From contig OZ024741.1 of NCBI GenBank assembly GCA_964016885.1, positions 72,726,001-72,790,000 of the forward strand: DNA of 64,000 nucleotides. The letters run 5' to 3'. Of the stretch, positions 1 through 13,700 are shown one piece after another. The notes under the pieces were generated by a model. It ran no database searches. It saw nothing but the letters and a program-made list of their open reading frames with translations, and was not told where the DNA came from. Origin of the DNA: Eledone cirrhosa (lineage: Eukaryota). The first letter of the stretch is position 1; each line of letters begins with the position of its first letter. The translations under genes were made by a program, and so were the position numbers.

Positions 1-3000
1 TTACTTTAGTTGTTGTTGTTACTTTAGTTGTTGTTTTTACTTTAGTTGTTGTTGATAGTTTAGTTGTTGGTGTTACTTTAGTTGTTGTTGTTACTGTAGT
101 TGTTGTTGTTAGTTTAGTTGTAGTTACTTTAGTTGTTGTTGTTACTTTAGTTGTTGTTGTTACTTTAGTTGTTGTTGTTATTTTAGTTGTTGTCGATAGT
201 TTAGTTGTTGTTGTTACTTTAGTTGTTGTTGTTACTTTAGTTGTTGTTACTTTAGTTGTTGTTGTTACTTTAGTTGTTGTTGTTACTTTAGTTGTTGTTG
301 TTACTTTAGTTGTTGTTGTTACTTTAGTTGTTGTTGTCAATTTAGTTGTTGTTGTTATATTAGTTGTTGTTGTTACTTTAGTTGTTGTTGTTACTTTAGT
401 TGTTGTTGATATTTTAGTTGTTGTTGTTACTTTAGTTGTTGTTGTTACTTTAGTTGTTGTTGATACTTTAGTTGTTGTTGTTACTTTAGTTGTTGTTGTT
501 ACTTTAGTTGTTGTTGTTACTTTAGTTGTTGTTGATAGTATAGTTGTTGTTGTTGCTTTAGTTGTTGTTGTTACTTTAGTTGTTGTAGATAGTTTAGTTG
601 TTGTTAATTTAGTTGTTGTTGTTACTTTAGTTTTGTTGATAGTTTAGTTGTTGTTGTTACTTTAGTTGTTGTTGTTACTTTAGTTGTTGTTACTTTCGTT
701 GTTGTTGTTACTTTAGTTGTTGTTGTTACTTTAGTTGTTGTTGATAGTATAGTTGTTGTTGTTGCTTTAGTTGTTGTTGTTACTTTAGTTGTTGTTGTTA
801 CTTTAGTTGTTGTTGTTACTTTAGTTGTTGTAGATAGTTTATATGTTGTTGTTAATTTAGTTGTTGTTGTTACTTTAGTTTTGATGATAGTTTAGTTGTT
901 GTTGTTACTTTAGTTGTTCTTGTTACTTTAGTTGTTGTTGTTACTTTAGTTGTTGTTGTTACTTTAGTTGTTGTTGATAGTTTAGGTGTTGGTGTTGCTT
1001 TAGTTATTGTTGATAGTTTAGGTGTTGTTGTTAATTTAGTTGTTGTTGTTACCGTAGTTGTTGTTGTTACTTTAGTTGTTGTTGAAAGTTTAGTTGTTGT
1101 TGTTACTTTAGTTGTCGTTTATAGTTTAGTTGTTGTTGTTACTTTAGTCGTCGTTGATAGTTTAGTTGTTGTTGTTACTTTATTTGTTGTTGTTACTTTA
1201 GTTGTTGTTGTTACTTTAGTTGTTGTTTTTACTTTAGTTGTTGTTGAAGTTTAGTTGTTGGTGTTGCTTTATTTATTGTTAATAGTGTAGGTGTTGTTGT
1301 TACTTTAGTTGTTGTTGTTACTGTAGTTGTTGTTGTTACTTTAGTTGTTGTTACTTTAGTTGTTGTTGTTACTTTAGTTCTTGCTGTTACTTTAGTTTTG
1401 TTGATAGTTTAGTTGTTGTTGTTACTTTAGTTGTTGTTGTTACATTAGTTGTTGTTGTTACTTTAGTTGTTGTTGTTATTTAGTTGTTGTTGTTACTTTA
1501 GTTGTTGTTGATAGTTTAGTTGTTGGTGTTGCTTTAGATGTTGTTGTTAATTTAGTTGTTGTTGTTACTTTAGTTATTGTTGATAGTTTAGGTGTTGTTG
1601 TTACTTTAGATGTTGTTGTTAATTTAGTTGTTGTTGTTACTTTAGTTTTGATGATAGTTTAGTTGTTGTTAATAATTTAGTTGTTCTTGTTACTTTAGTT
1701 GTTGTTGATAGTTTAGTTGTTGTTGTTACTTTAGTTGTTGTTGTTACTTTAGTTGTTGTTGTTACTTTAGTTGTTGTTTTTACTTTAGTTGTTGTGGATA
1801 GTTTTGTTGTTGGTGTTGCTTTAGTTATTGTTAAAAGTTTAGGTGTTGTTGTTACTTTAGTTGTTGTTGTTACTGTAGTTGTTGTTGTTACTTTAGTTGT
1901 TGTTACTTTAGTTGTTGTTGTTACTTTAGTTGTTGTTGTTACTTTAGTTGTTGTTGTTACATTAGTTGTTGTTATTACTTTAGTTGTTGTTGTTACTTTA
2001 GTTGTTGTTGATAGTTTAGTTGTTGTTATTACTTTAGTTGTTGTTGATAGTTTAGTTGTTGGTGTTACTTTAGTTGTTGTTGTTACTGTAGTTGTTGTTG
2101 TTACTTTAGTTGTAGTTACTTTAGTTGTTGTTGTTACTTTAGTTGTTGTTGTTACTTTAGTTGTTGTTGTTATTTTAGTTGTTGTCGATAGTTTAGTTGT
2201 TGTTGTTACTTTAGTTGTTGTTGTTACTTTAGTTGTTGTTACTTTAGTTGTTGTTGTTACTTTAGTTGTTGTTGTTACTTTAGTTGTTGTTGTTACTTTA
2301 GTTGTTGTTGTTACTTTAGTTGTTGTTGTCAATTTAGTTGTTGTTGTTATATTAGTTGTTGTTGTTACTTTTGTTGTTGTTGTTACTTTAGTTGTTGTTG
2401 ATATTTTAGTTGTTGTTGTTACTTTAGTTGTTGTTGTTACTTTAGTTGTTGTTGATACTTTAGTTGTTGTTGTTACTTTAGTTGTTGTTGTTACTTTAGT
2501 TGTTGTTGTTACTTTAGTTGTTGTTGATAGTATAGTTGTTGTTGTTGCTTTAGTTGTTGTTGTTACTTTAGTTGTTGTAGATAGTTTAGTTGTTGTTAAT
2601 TTAGTTGTTGTTGTTACTTTAGTTTTGTTGATAGTTTAGGTGTTGTTGTTACTTTAGTTGTTGTTGTTACTGTAGTTGTTGTTGTTACTTTAGTTGTTGT
2701 TACTTTAGTTGTTGTTGTTACTTTAGTTGTTGTTGATAGTATAGTTGTTGTTGTTGCTTTAGTTGTTGTTGTTACTTTAGTTGTTGTTGTTACTTTAGTT
2801 GTTGTTGTTACTTTAGTTGTTGTAGATAGTTTATATGTTGTTGTTAATTTAGTTGTTGTTGTTACTTTAGTTTTGATGATAGTTTAGTTGTTGTTGTTAC
2901 TTTAGTTGTTTTTGTTACATTAGTTGTTTTTGTTACTTTAGTTGTTGTTGTTACTTTAGTTGTTGTTGATAGTTTAGTTGTTGTTGTTACTTTAGTTGTT

Positions 3001-3039
3001 CTTGTTACTTTAGTTGTTGTTGTTACTTTAGTTGTTGTT
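1..3039. repeat. Copy 1 (left-truncated by the window) of a near-identical block repeated at +10,769 bp
   Basis: ORF pairs 1637..2332/12406..13101 and 1794..2639/12563..13408 have identical translations at offset 10769. Position 1 aligns with 10770, and the match ends at 3040 (TTTCCTTTAG) versus 13809 (GTTACTTTAG). Confidence 0.93.
46..2950. repeat. Nested ~0.9-kb duplication at offset 1,992 bp (approx. 46-960 and 2040-2950)
   Basis: Marker GTCAATTTAG at 336 and 2328; marker GATAGTTTATATG at ~833 and ~2825. The same pair recurs at 11105/13097. Confidence 0.8.
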
Positions 3040-6000
3040 TTTCCTTTAGTTGTTGTTTATAGTTTTTTTGTTGTTGTTACTTTAGTTGTTGCTGATAGTT
3101 TAGTTTTGTAGTTACTTTAGTTGTTGTTTTTACTTTAGTTATTGTTGATAGATTAGTTGTTGTTGTTACTTTAGTTGTTGTTGTCACTTTACGTTAGTTG
3201 TTGTTGATATTCTAGTTGTTGTTGTGGCTTTAGTTGTTGTTGATACTTTAGTTGTTGTTACTTTAGTTGTTGTTGGTACGTTAGTTGTTATTGTTACTTT
3301 AGTTGTTGTTGTTACTTTAGTTGTTGTTGTTACTGTAGTTGTTGTTGTTACTATAGTTGTTGTTGCTAGTTTAGTTGTTGTTAATTTAGTTGTTGTTGTT
3401 ACTTTAGTTGTTGTTGATAGGTTAATTGTTGTTGTGACTTTAGTTGTTGTTGATAGTTCATTGGTTATTACTTTAGATGTTGTTACTTTAGTTGTTGTTG
3501 TTACTTTAGTTGTTGATGTTACATTAGTTGCTGTTACTACAGTTGTCGTTGATAGTTTAGTTGCTGTTGTTACTTTAGTTGTTGTTGTTACTTTAGTTGT
3601 TGTTGTTACTTTAGTTTTTGTTGTTTCTTTAGTTGTTGTTACTTTACTTGTTGTTGATAGTTTAGTTGTTGTTGTTGCTTTAGTTGTTGTTGTTACTTTA
3701 GTTGTTGTTGTTACTATAGTTGTTGATAGTTTAGTTGTTGTTGTTACTTTAGTTGTTCTTGATAGTTTAGTTGATGTTGTTACTTTAGTTGTTGTTGTTA
3801 TTTTAGTTGTTATTATTACTATAGTTGTTGTTGATAGTTTAGTTTTTGTTGTTACTTTAGTTGTTGTTACTTTAGTTGTTGTTGTTACTTTAGTTGTTGT
3901 TGATAGTTTAGTTGTTGCTGTTACTTTAGTTGTTGTTCCTTTAGTTGTTGTGACTTTAGTTGTTGTTGATAGCTTAATTGTTGTTGTTCCTTTAGTCGTT
4001 GTTACTTTAGTAGTTGTTGATTCTTTAGTTGTTGTTGTTACTTTAGTTGTTGTTATTTCTTTAGTTGTTGTTGATAGTTTAGTTGTTGCTGTTACTTTAG
4101 TTGTTGCTGATAGTTCAGTTGTTGTTGTTACGTTAGTTGTTGTTGTTCCTTTAGTTGTTGTTACTTTAGTTGTTGTTGTTGTTTCTTTAGTTGTTGTTGT
4201 TACTTTAGTTGTTGTTGTTACTTTAGTTGTTGTTGATAATTTAGTTGTTGTTGTTACTTTAGTTGTTGTTGATAGTTTAGTTTATTGATGATATTTTAGT
4301 TGTTGTTGTAACTTTAGTTGTTGTTGATACTTTCGTTGTTGTTTTTCCTTTAGTTGTTGTTTATAGTTTTTTTGTTGTTGTTACTTTAGTTGTTGCTGAT
4401 AGTTTAGTTTTGTAGTTACTTTAGTTGTTGTTTTTACTTTAGTTATTGTTGATAGATTAGTTGTTGTTGTTACTTAAGTTGTTGTTGTCACTTTACTTTA
4501 GTTGTTGTTACTTTAGTTGTTGTTGTTGTTTCTTTAGTTGTTGTTGTTCCTTTAGTTGTTGTTACTTTAGTTGTTGTTGTTGTTTCTTTAGTTGTTGTTG
4601 TTACTTTAGTTGTTGCTGTTACTTTAGTTGTTGCTGATAGTTCAGTTGTTGTTGTTACGTTAGTTGTTGTTGTTCCTTTAGTTGTTGTTACTTTAGTTGT
4701 TGTTGTTGTTTCTTTAGTTGTTGTTGTTAATTTAGTTGTTGTTGTTACTTTAGTTGTTGTTGATAATTTAGTTGTTGTTGTTACTTTAGTTGTTGTTGAT
4801 AGTTTAGTTTATTGATGATAGTTTAGTTGTTGTTGTTACTTTAGTTGTTGTTGATACTTTAGTTGTTGTTTTTCCTTTAGTTGTTGTTTATAGTTTTTTG
4901 TTGTTGTTACTTTAGTTGTTGCTGATAGTTTAGTTTTGTAGTTACTTTAGTTGTTGGTTTTACTTTAGTTATTGTTGATAGATTAGTTGTTGTTGTTACT
5001 TTAGTTGTTGTTGTCACTTTACTTTAGTTGTTGTTGATATTCTAGTTGTTGTTGTGGCTTTAGTTGTTGTTGATACTTTAGTTGTTGTTACTTTAGTTGT
5101 TGTTGGTACGTTAGTTGTTATTGTTACTTTAGTTGTTGTTGTTACTTTAGTTGTTGTTGTTACTGTAGTTGTTGTTGTTACTATAGTTGTTGTTGCTAGT
5201 TTAGTTGTTGTTAATTTAGTTGTTGTTGTTACTTTAGTTGTTGTTGATAGGTTAATTGTTGTTGTGACTTTAGTTGTTGTTGATAGTTTATTGGTTATTA
5301 CTTTAGATGTTGTTACTTTAGTTGTTGTTGTTACTTTAGTTGTTGATGTTACATTAGTCGCTGTTACTACAGTTGTCGTTGATAGTTTAGTTGCTGTTGT
5401 TACTTTAGTTGTTGTTGTTACTTTAGTTGTTGTTGTTACTTTAGTTTTTGTTGTTTCTTTAGTTGTTGTTACTTTACTTGTTGTTGATAGTTTAGTTGTT
5501 GTTGTTGCTTTAGTTGTTGTTGTTACTTTAGTTGTTGTTGTTACTATAGTTGTTGATAGTTTAGTTGTTGTTGTTACTTTAGTTGTTCTTGATAGTTTAG
5601 TTGATGTTGTTACTTTAGTTGTTGTTGATACTTTAGTTGTTGTTACTTTAGTTGTTGTTGTTATTTTAGTTGTTATTATTACTATAGTTGTTGTTGATAG
5701 TTTAGTTTTTGTTGTTACTTTAGTTGTTGTTACTTTAGTTGTTGTTGTTACTTTAGTTGTTGTTGATAGTTTAGTTGTTGCTGTTACTTTAGTTGTTGTT
5801 CCTTTAGTTGTTGTGACTTTAGTTGTTGTTGATAGCTTAATTGTTGTTGTTCCTTTAGTCGTTGTTACTTTAGTAGTTGTTGATTCTTTAGTTGTTGTTG
5901 TTACTTTAGTTGTTGTTATTTCTTTAGTTGTTGTTGATAGTTTAGTTGTTGTTGTTGCTTTAGTTATTGTTACTTTAGTTGTTGTTGTTACTTTAGTTGT

Positions 6001-6720
6001 TTTTGATAGTTTAGTTGTTGTTGATACTTTAGTTGTTGTTTTTCCTTTAGTTGTTGTTTATAGTTTTTTTGTTGTTGTTACTTTAGTTGTTGCTGATAGT
6101 TTAGTTTTGTAGTTACTTTAGTTGTTGTTTTTACTTTAGTTATTGTTGATAGATTAGTTGTTGTTGTTACTTTAGTTGTTGTTGTCACTTTACTTTAGTT
6201 GTTGTTACTTTAGTTGTTGTTGTTGTTTCTTTAGTTGTTGTTGTTCCTTTAGTTGTTGTTACTTTAGTTGTTGTTGTTGTTTCTTTAGTTGTTGTTGTTA
6301 CTTTAGTTGTTGCTGTTACTTTAGTTGTTGCTGATAGTTCAGTTGTTGTTGTTACGTTAGTTGTTGTTGTTCCTTTAGTTGTTGTTACTTTAGTTGTTGT
6401 TGTTGTTTCTTTAGTTGTTGTTGTTACTTTAGTTGTTGTTGTTATTTTAGTTGTTGTTGATAATTTAGTTGTTGTTGTTACTTTAGTTGTTGTTGATAGT
6501 TTAGTTTATTGATGATATTTTAGTTGTTGTTGTAACTTTAGTTGTTGTTGATACTTTAGTTGTTGTTTTTCCTTTAGTTGTTGTTTATAGTTTTTTTGTT
6601 GTTGTTACTTTAGTTGTTGCTGATAGTTTAGTTTTGTAGTTACTTTAGTTGTTGTTTTTACTTTAGTTATTGTTGATAGATTAGTTGTTGTTGTTACTTT
6701 AGTTGTTGTTGTCACTTTAC
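3040..6720. repeat. ~1.83-kb tandem duplication with a five-copy internal module
   Basis: ORFs 3224..4288 and 5054..6112 start at offset 1830 and are nearly identical. The module TTTCCTTTAG...TATAG(T)6-7GTT...GCTGATAG...TTTTGTAG...GATAGATTAG...GTCACTTTAC occurs at ~3040, 4343, 4871, 6041 and 6568. Confidence 0.85.
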
Positions 6721-6816
6721 TTTAGTTGTTGTTACTTTAGTTGTTGTTGATAGTTTAGTCGTTGTTATTACTTTAGTTGTTGTTGATAGTTTAGTTGTTG
6801 TTGTTAATTTAGTTTT

Positions 6817-8837
6817 GTTGGTTCTTTAGTTGTTCTTGTTACTTTAGTTTTTGTTGTTACTTTAGTTGTTGTTGATAGTTTAATTGTTTTTGTTACTTTA
6901 GTTGTTGTTCCTTTAGTTGTTGTTATTTTAATTGTTGTTGTGACTTTAGTTGTTGTCGTTAGTTTAGTTGTTGTTGTTACTTTAGTTGTTGTTGATAGTT
7001 TAGTTGTTGCTAATTTAGTTGTTGTTGTTACTTTAGTTGTTGTTGTTACTTTAATTGTTGTTGTTACTTTAGTTGTTGTTGTTAGTTTAGTTGTTGCTAC
7101 TTTAGTTGTTGTTGTTAGTTTAGTTGTTTGTGTTACTTTACTTGTTGTTGTTAATTTAGTTGTTGTTACTTTAGTTGTTGTTGTTACCTTAGTTCTTGTT
7201 ACTTTAGTTGTTGTTGTTACTATAGTTGTTGTTAATAGTTTAGTTGTTATTGTTACTTTAGATGTTGTTACTTTAGTTGTTGTTGTTACTTTAGTTGTTG
7301 ATGTTACTTTAGTTGTTGTTACTATAGTTGTTGTTGATAGTTTAGTTGTTGTTACTTTAGTTGTTGTTGATACTTTAGTTGTTGTTGTTACTTTAGTTGT
7401 TGTTGTTACTTTAGTTGTTGTTACTTTAGTTGCTGTTGTTACTTTAGTTGTTGTTACTTTAGTTGTTGTTGATATTTTAGTTGTTGTTGTTACTTTAGTT
7501 GTTGTTGTTACTTTGGGTGTTGTTGATATTTTAGTTGTTGTTGTTGCTTTAGTTGTTGTTGATACTTTAGTTGTTGTTACTTTAGTTGTTGTTGGTACGT
7601 TAGTTGTTATTGTTACTTTAGTTGTTGTTGTTACTTTAGTTGTTGTTGTTACTGTAGTTGTTGTTGTTACTATAGTTGTTGTTGATAGTTTAGTTGTTGT
7701 TAATTTAGTTGTTGTTGTTACTTTAGTTGTTGTTGATAGGTTAATTGTCGTTGTGACTTTAGTTGTTGTTGATAGTTTATTTGTAATTACTTTAGATGTT
7801 GTTACTTTAGTTGTTGTTGTTACTTTAGTTGTTGATGTTACATTAGTTGTTGTTACTACAGTTGTTGTTGAGAGTTTAGTTGTTGTTGTTACTTTAGTTG
7901 TTGTTGTTACTTTAGTTGTTGTTGTTACTTTAGTTTTTGTTGTTACTTTAGTTGTTGTTACTTTAGTTGTTGTTGCATTTTTAGTTGTTGTTAATTTAAT
8001 TGTTGTTGTGACTTTAGTTGTTGTTGATAATTTAGTTGTTGTTGTTACGTTAGTTGTTATTGTTACTTTATTTGTTGTTGATAGTTTAGTTGTTGTTACT
8101 TTAGTTGTTGTTGTTACTTTAGTTGTTGTTGATAGTTTAGTTGGTGTTGTTGCTTTTGTTGTTGTTGTTACTTTAGTTGTTGATAGTTTAGTTGTTGCTT
8201 TAGTTGTTGTTGTTACTTTAGTTGTTGTTGTTACTTTAGTTGTTGTTGGTAGTTTAGTTGTTGTTGTTACTTTAGTTGTTGTTGTTACTTTAGTTGTTGT
8301 TGATAGTTTAGTTGTTGTTGCTTTAGTTGTTGTTGTTACTTTAGTTGTTGTTGTTACTTTAGTTGTTGTTGATAGTTTAGTTGTTGTTGCTTTAGTTGTT
8401 GGTGTTACTTTAGTTGTTGTTGTTACTTTAGTTGTTGTTGTTACTTTAGTTGTTATTGTTACTTTAGTTGTTGTTGTTACTTTAGTTGTTGTTAATTTAG
8501 TTGTTGTTAATAGTTTAGTTGTTGTTACTTTAGATGTTGTTGTTACTTTAGTTGTTGTTGTTACTTTAGTTGTTGTTATTACTTTAGTTGTTGTTGATAG
8601 TTTAGTTGTTATTGTTACTTTAGTTGTTGTTACTTTAGTTGTTGTTGTTACATTAGTTGTTGTTGTTACATTAGTTGTTGTTGTTACTTTAGTTGTTGTT
8701 GTTACTTTAGTTGTTGTTGTTACTTTAGTTGTTGTTAATTTAGTTGTTGTTAATAGTTTAGTTGTTGTTACTTTAGATGTTGTTGTTACTTTAGTTGTTG
8801 TTGAAAGTTTAGTTGTTGTTGTTACTTTAGTTGTCGT
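6817..8837 (-). other. Stop-free Thr/Lys/Val-rich frame (~670 codons, KVTTTT/KLSTTT), mucin-like; no start codon identified, probably non-coding
   Basis: Stops in this - frame coincide with + frame Y/H/Q/TAA/TAG codons. The 904-aa + ORF has none between the frameshift at ~6815 and the Tyr at ~8839. The stretch is bounded by a TAA upstream and a 1-bp deletion downstream. Confidence 0.3.
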
Positions 8838-10769
8838 TTATAGTTTAGTTGTTGTTGTTACTTTAGTTGTTGTTGTTACAGTAGTTGTTGTTGTTACTTT
8901 AGTTGTAGTTACTTTAGTTGTTGTTGTTACTTTAGTTGTTGTTGTTACTTTAGTTGTTGTTACTTTAGTTGTTGTTGTTACTTTAGTTGTTGTCGATAGT
9001 TTAGTTGTTGTTGTTACTTTAGTTGTTGTTGTTACTTTAGTTGTAGTTACTTTAGTTGTTGTTGTTACTTTAGTTGTTGTTGTTACTTTAGTTGTTGTTG
9101 TTACTTTAGTTGTTGTTGTTACTTTAGTTGTTGTCGTCAATTTAGTTGTTGTTGTTATATTAGTTGTTGTTGTTACTTTAGTTGTTGTTACTTTAGTTGT
9201 TGTTGATATTTTAGTTGTTGTTGTTACTTTAGTTGTTGTTACTTTAGTTGTTGTTTTTACTTTAGTTGTTGTTGATAGTTTAGTTGTTGGTGTTGCTTTA
9301 GTTATTGTTAATAGTTTAGGTGTTGTTGTTACTTTAGTTGTTGTTGTTACTGTAGTTGTTGTTGTTACTTTAGTTGTTGTTACATTAGTTGTTGTTGTTA
9401 CTTTAGTTGTTGTTGTTACTTTAGTTGTTGTTGTTAGATTAGTTGTTGTTGTTACTTTAGTTGTTGTTGTTACTTTAGTTGTTGTTGATAGTTTAGTTGT
9501 TGTTATTACTTTACTTGTCGTTTATAGTTTAGTTGTTCTTGATAGTATAGTTGTTGTTGTTGCTTTAGTTGTTGTTGTTAATTTACTTGTTGTAGATAAT
9601 TTAGATGTTGTTAATTTAATTGTTGTTGTTACTTTAGTTTTGTTGATAGGTTAGTTGTTGTTGTTACTTTAGTTGTTGTTGTAACATTAGTTGTTGTTGT
9701 TACTTTAGTTGTTGTTGTTATTTAGTTGTTGTTGATAGTTTAGTTGTTGTTGTTACTTTAGTTGTTGTTGTTACTTTAGGTGTTGTTGTTACTTTAGTTG
9801 TTGTTGTTACTTTAGTTGTTGTTGATAGTTTAGTTGTTGGTGTTGCTTTAGTTATTGTTGATAGTTTAGGTGTTGTTGTTAATTTAGTAGTTGTTGTTAC
9901 CGTAGTTGTTGTTGTTACTTTAGTAGTTGTTACTTTAGTTGTTGTTACTTTAGTTGTTGTTGTTACTTTAGTTGTTGTTGATAGTTTAGTTGTTGTTGTT
10001 ACTTTAGTTGTTGTTACTTTAGTTGTTGTTAATAGTTTAGTTGTTGTTGTTACTTTAGTTGTTGTTGAAAGTTTAGTTGTTGTTGTTACTTTAGTTGTCG
10101 TTGATAGTTTAGTTGTTGTTGTTACTTTAGTTGTTGTTGTTACTTTAGTTGTCGTTTATAGTTTAGTTGTTGTTGTTACTTTAGTTGTCGTTGATAGTTT
10201 AGTTGTTGTTGTTACTTGAGTTGTTGTTGTTACTTTAGTTGTTGTTGTTACTTAAGTTGTGGAACTTTAGTTGTAGTTACTTTAGTTGTTGTTGATAGTA
10301 TAGTTGTTGTTGTTGCTTTAGTTGTTGTTGTTACTTTAGTTGTTGTAGAAAATTTAGATGTTGTTGTTAATTTAGTTGTTGTTGCTACTTTAGTTTTGTT
10401 GATAGTTTAGTTGTTGTTGTTACTTTAGTTGTTGTTGTTACATTAGTTGTTGTTGTTACTTTAGTTGTTGTTGTTACTTTAGTTGATGTTGATAGTTTAG
10501 TTGTTGTTGTTACTTTAGTTGTTGTTGTTAATTTAGTTGTTGTGGAAATATAGTTGTTGTTACTTTAGTTGATGTTGATAGTTTAGTTGTTGTTGTTACT
10601 GTAGTTGTTGTTACTTTAGTTGTTGTTACTTTAGTTGTTGTTGTTACTTTAGTTGTTGTTGAAAGTTTAGTTGTTGTTGTTACTTTAGTTGTCGTTTATA
10701 GTTTAGTTGTTGTTGTTACTTTAGTTGTCGTTGATAGTTTAGTTGTTGTTGTTACTTTAGTTGTTGTTG

Positions 10770-13700
10770 TTACTTTAGTTGTTGTTGTTACTTTAGTTGT
10801 TGTTTTTACTTTAGTTGTTGTTGATAGTTTAGTTGTTGGTGTTACTTTAGTTGTTGTTGTTACTGTAGTTGTTGTTGTTAGTTTAGTTGTAGTTACTTTA
10901 GTTGTTGTTGTTACTTTAGTTGTTGTTGTTACTTTAGTTGTTGTTGTTATTTTAGTTGTTGTCGATAGTTTAGTTGTTGTTGTTACTTTAGTTGTTGTTG
11001 TTACTTTAGTTGTTGTTACTTTAGTTGTTGTTGTTACTTTAGTTGTTGTTGTTACTTTAGTTGTTGTTGTTACTTTAGTTGTTGTTGTTACTTTAGTTGT
11101 TGTTGTCAATTTAGTTGTTGTTGTTATATTAGTTGTTGTTGTTACTTTAGTTGTTGTTGTTACTTTAGTTGTTGTTGATATTTTAGTTGTTGTTGTTACT
11201 TTAGTTGTTGTTGTTACTTTAGTTGTTGTTGATACTTTAGTTGTTGTTGTTACTTTAGTTGTTGTTGTTACTTTAGTTGTTGTTGTTACTTTAGTTGTTG
11301 TTGATAGTATAGTTGTTGTTGTTGCTTTAGTTGTTGTTGTTACTTTAGTTGTTGTAGATAGTTTAGTTGTTGTTAATTTAGTTGTTGTTGTTACTTTAGT
11401 TTTGTTGATAGTTTAGGTGTTGTTGTTACTTTAGTTGTTGTTGTTACTTTAGTTGTTGTTACTTTCGTTGTTGTTGTTACTTTAGTTGTTGTTGTTACTT
11501 TAGTTGTTGTTGATAGTATAGTTGTTGTTGTTGCTTTAGTTGTTGTTGTTACTTTAGTTGTTGTTGTTACTTTAGTTGTTGTTGTTACTTTAGTTGTTGT
11601 AGATAGTTTATATGTTGTTGTTAATTTAGTTGTTGTTGTTACTTTAGTTTTGATGATAGTTTAGTTGTTGTTGTTACTTTAGTTGTTCTTGTTACTTTAG
11701 TTGTTGTTGTTACTTTAGTTGTTGTTGTTACTTTAGTTGTTGTTGATAGTTTAGGTGTTGGTGTTGCTTTAGTTATTGTTGATAGTTTAGGTGTTGTTGT
11801 TAATTTAGTTGTTGTTGTTACCGTAGTTGTTGTTGTTACTTTAGTTGTTGTTGAAAGTTTAGTTGTTGTTGTTACTTTAGTTGTCGTTTATAGTTTAGTT
11901 GTTGTTGTTACTTTAGTCGTCGTTGATAGTTTAGTTGTTGTTGTTACTTTATTTGTTGTTGTTACTTTAGTTGTTGTTGTTACTTTAGTTGTTGTTTTTA
12001 CTTTAGTTGTTGTTGAAGTTTAGTTGTTGGTGTTGCTTTATTTATTGTTAATAGTGTAGGTGTTGTTGTTACTTTAGTTGTTGTTGTTACTGTAGTTGTT
12101 GTTGTTACTTTAGTTGTTGTTACTTTAGTTGTTGTTGTTACTTTAGTTCTTGCTGTTACTTTAGTTTTGTTGATAGTTTAGTTGTTGTTGTTACTTTAGT
12201 TGTTGTTGTTACATTAGTTGTTGTTGTTACTTTAGTTGTTGTTGTTATTTAGTTGTTGTTGTTACTTTAGTTGTTGTTGATAGTTTAGTTGTTGGTGTTG
12301 CTTTAGATGTTGTTGTTAATTTAGTTGTTGTTGTTACTTTAGTTATTGTTGATAGTTTAGGTGTTGTTGTTACTTTAGATGTTGTTGTTAATTTAGTTGT
12401 TGTTGTTACTTTAGTTTTGATGATAGTTTAGTTGTTGTTAATAATTTAGTTGTTCTTGTTACTTTAGTTGTTGTTGATAGTTTAGTTGTTGTTGTTACTT
12501 TAGTTGTTGTTGTTACTTTAGTTGTTGTTGTTACTTTAGTTGTTGTTTTTACTTTAGTTGTTGTGGATAGTTTTGTTGTTGGTGTTGCTTTAGTTATTGT
12601 TAAAAGTTTAGGTGTTGTTGTTACTTTAGTTGTTGTTGTTACTGTAGTTGTTGTTGTTACTTTAGTTGTTGTTACTTTAGTTGTTGTTGTTACTTTAGTT
12701 GTTGTTGTTACTTTAGTTGTTGTTGTTACATTAGTTGTTGTTATTACTTTAGTTGTTGTTGTTACTTTAGTTGTTGTTGATAGTTTAGTTGTTGTTATTA
12801 CTTTAGTTGTTGTTGATAGTTTAGTTGTTGGTGTTACTTTAGTTGTTGTTGTTACTGTAGTTGTTGTTGTTACTTTAGTTGTAGTTACTTTAGTTGTTGT
12901 TGTTACTTTAGTTGTTGTTGTTACTTTAGTTGTTGTTGTTATTTTAGTTGTTGTCGATAGTTTAGTTGTTGTTGTTACTTTAGTTGTTGTTGTTACTTTA
13001 GTTGTTGTTACTTTAGTTGTTGTTGTTACTTTAGTTGTTGTTGTTACTTTAGTTGTTGTTGTTACTTTAGTTGTTGTTGTTACTTTAGTTGTTGTTGTCA
13101 ATTTAGTTGTTGTTGTTATATTAGTTGTTGTTGTTACTTTTGTTGTTGTTGTTACTTTAGTTGTTGTTGATATTTTAGTTGTTGTTGTTACTTTAGTTGT
13201 TGTTGTTACTTTAGTTGTTGTTGATACTTTAGTTGTTGTTGTTACTTTAGTTGTTGTTGTTACTTTAGTTGTTGTTGTTACTTTAGTTGTTGTTGATAGT
13301 ATAGTTGTTGTTGTTGCTTTAGTTGTTGTTGTTACTTTAGTTGTTGTAGATAGTTTAGTTGTTGTTAATTTAGTTGTTGTTGTTACTTTAGTTTTGTTGA
13401 TAGTTTAGGTGTTGTTGTTACTTTAGTTGTTGTTGTTACTGTAGTTGTTGTTGTTACTTTAGTTGTTGTTACTTTAGTTGTTGTTGTTACTTTAGTTGTT
13501 GTTGATAGTATAGTTGTTGTTGTTGCTTTAGTTGTTGTTGTTACTTTAGTTGTTGTTGTTACTTTAGTTGTTGTTGTTACTTTAGTTGTTGTAGATAGTT
13601 TATATGTTGTTGTTAATTTAGTTGTTGTTGTTACTTTAGTTTTGATGATAGTTTAGTTGTTGTTGTTACTTTAGTTGTTTTTGTTACATTAGTTGTTTTT

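Noticed and set aside
10216-10260. Cys-rich 'SCCCYFSCCCYL' peptides (also in ORFs at 45589, 49520, 50277, 56015, 57635, 60361)
   Set aside because: This is simply another + frame of the monomer (TGT TGT TAC TTT AGT), and it is closed by TGA/TAG at every GATAGT monomer. It is not a metallothionein-like gene.
1637-13101. - strand 'MTTTTKV...' ORFs (1637..2332, 8838..9140, 10696..11109, 12406..13101)
   Set aside because: They begin at a TTG created by the GTCAAT variant monomer inside the array and have no signal peptide or non-repeat sequence. They are fragments of the array-wide Thr frame, not separate genes.
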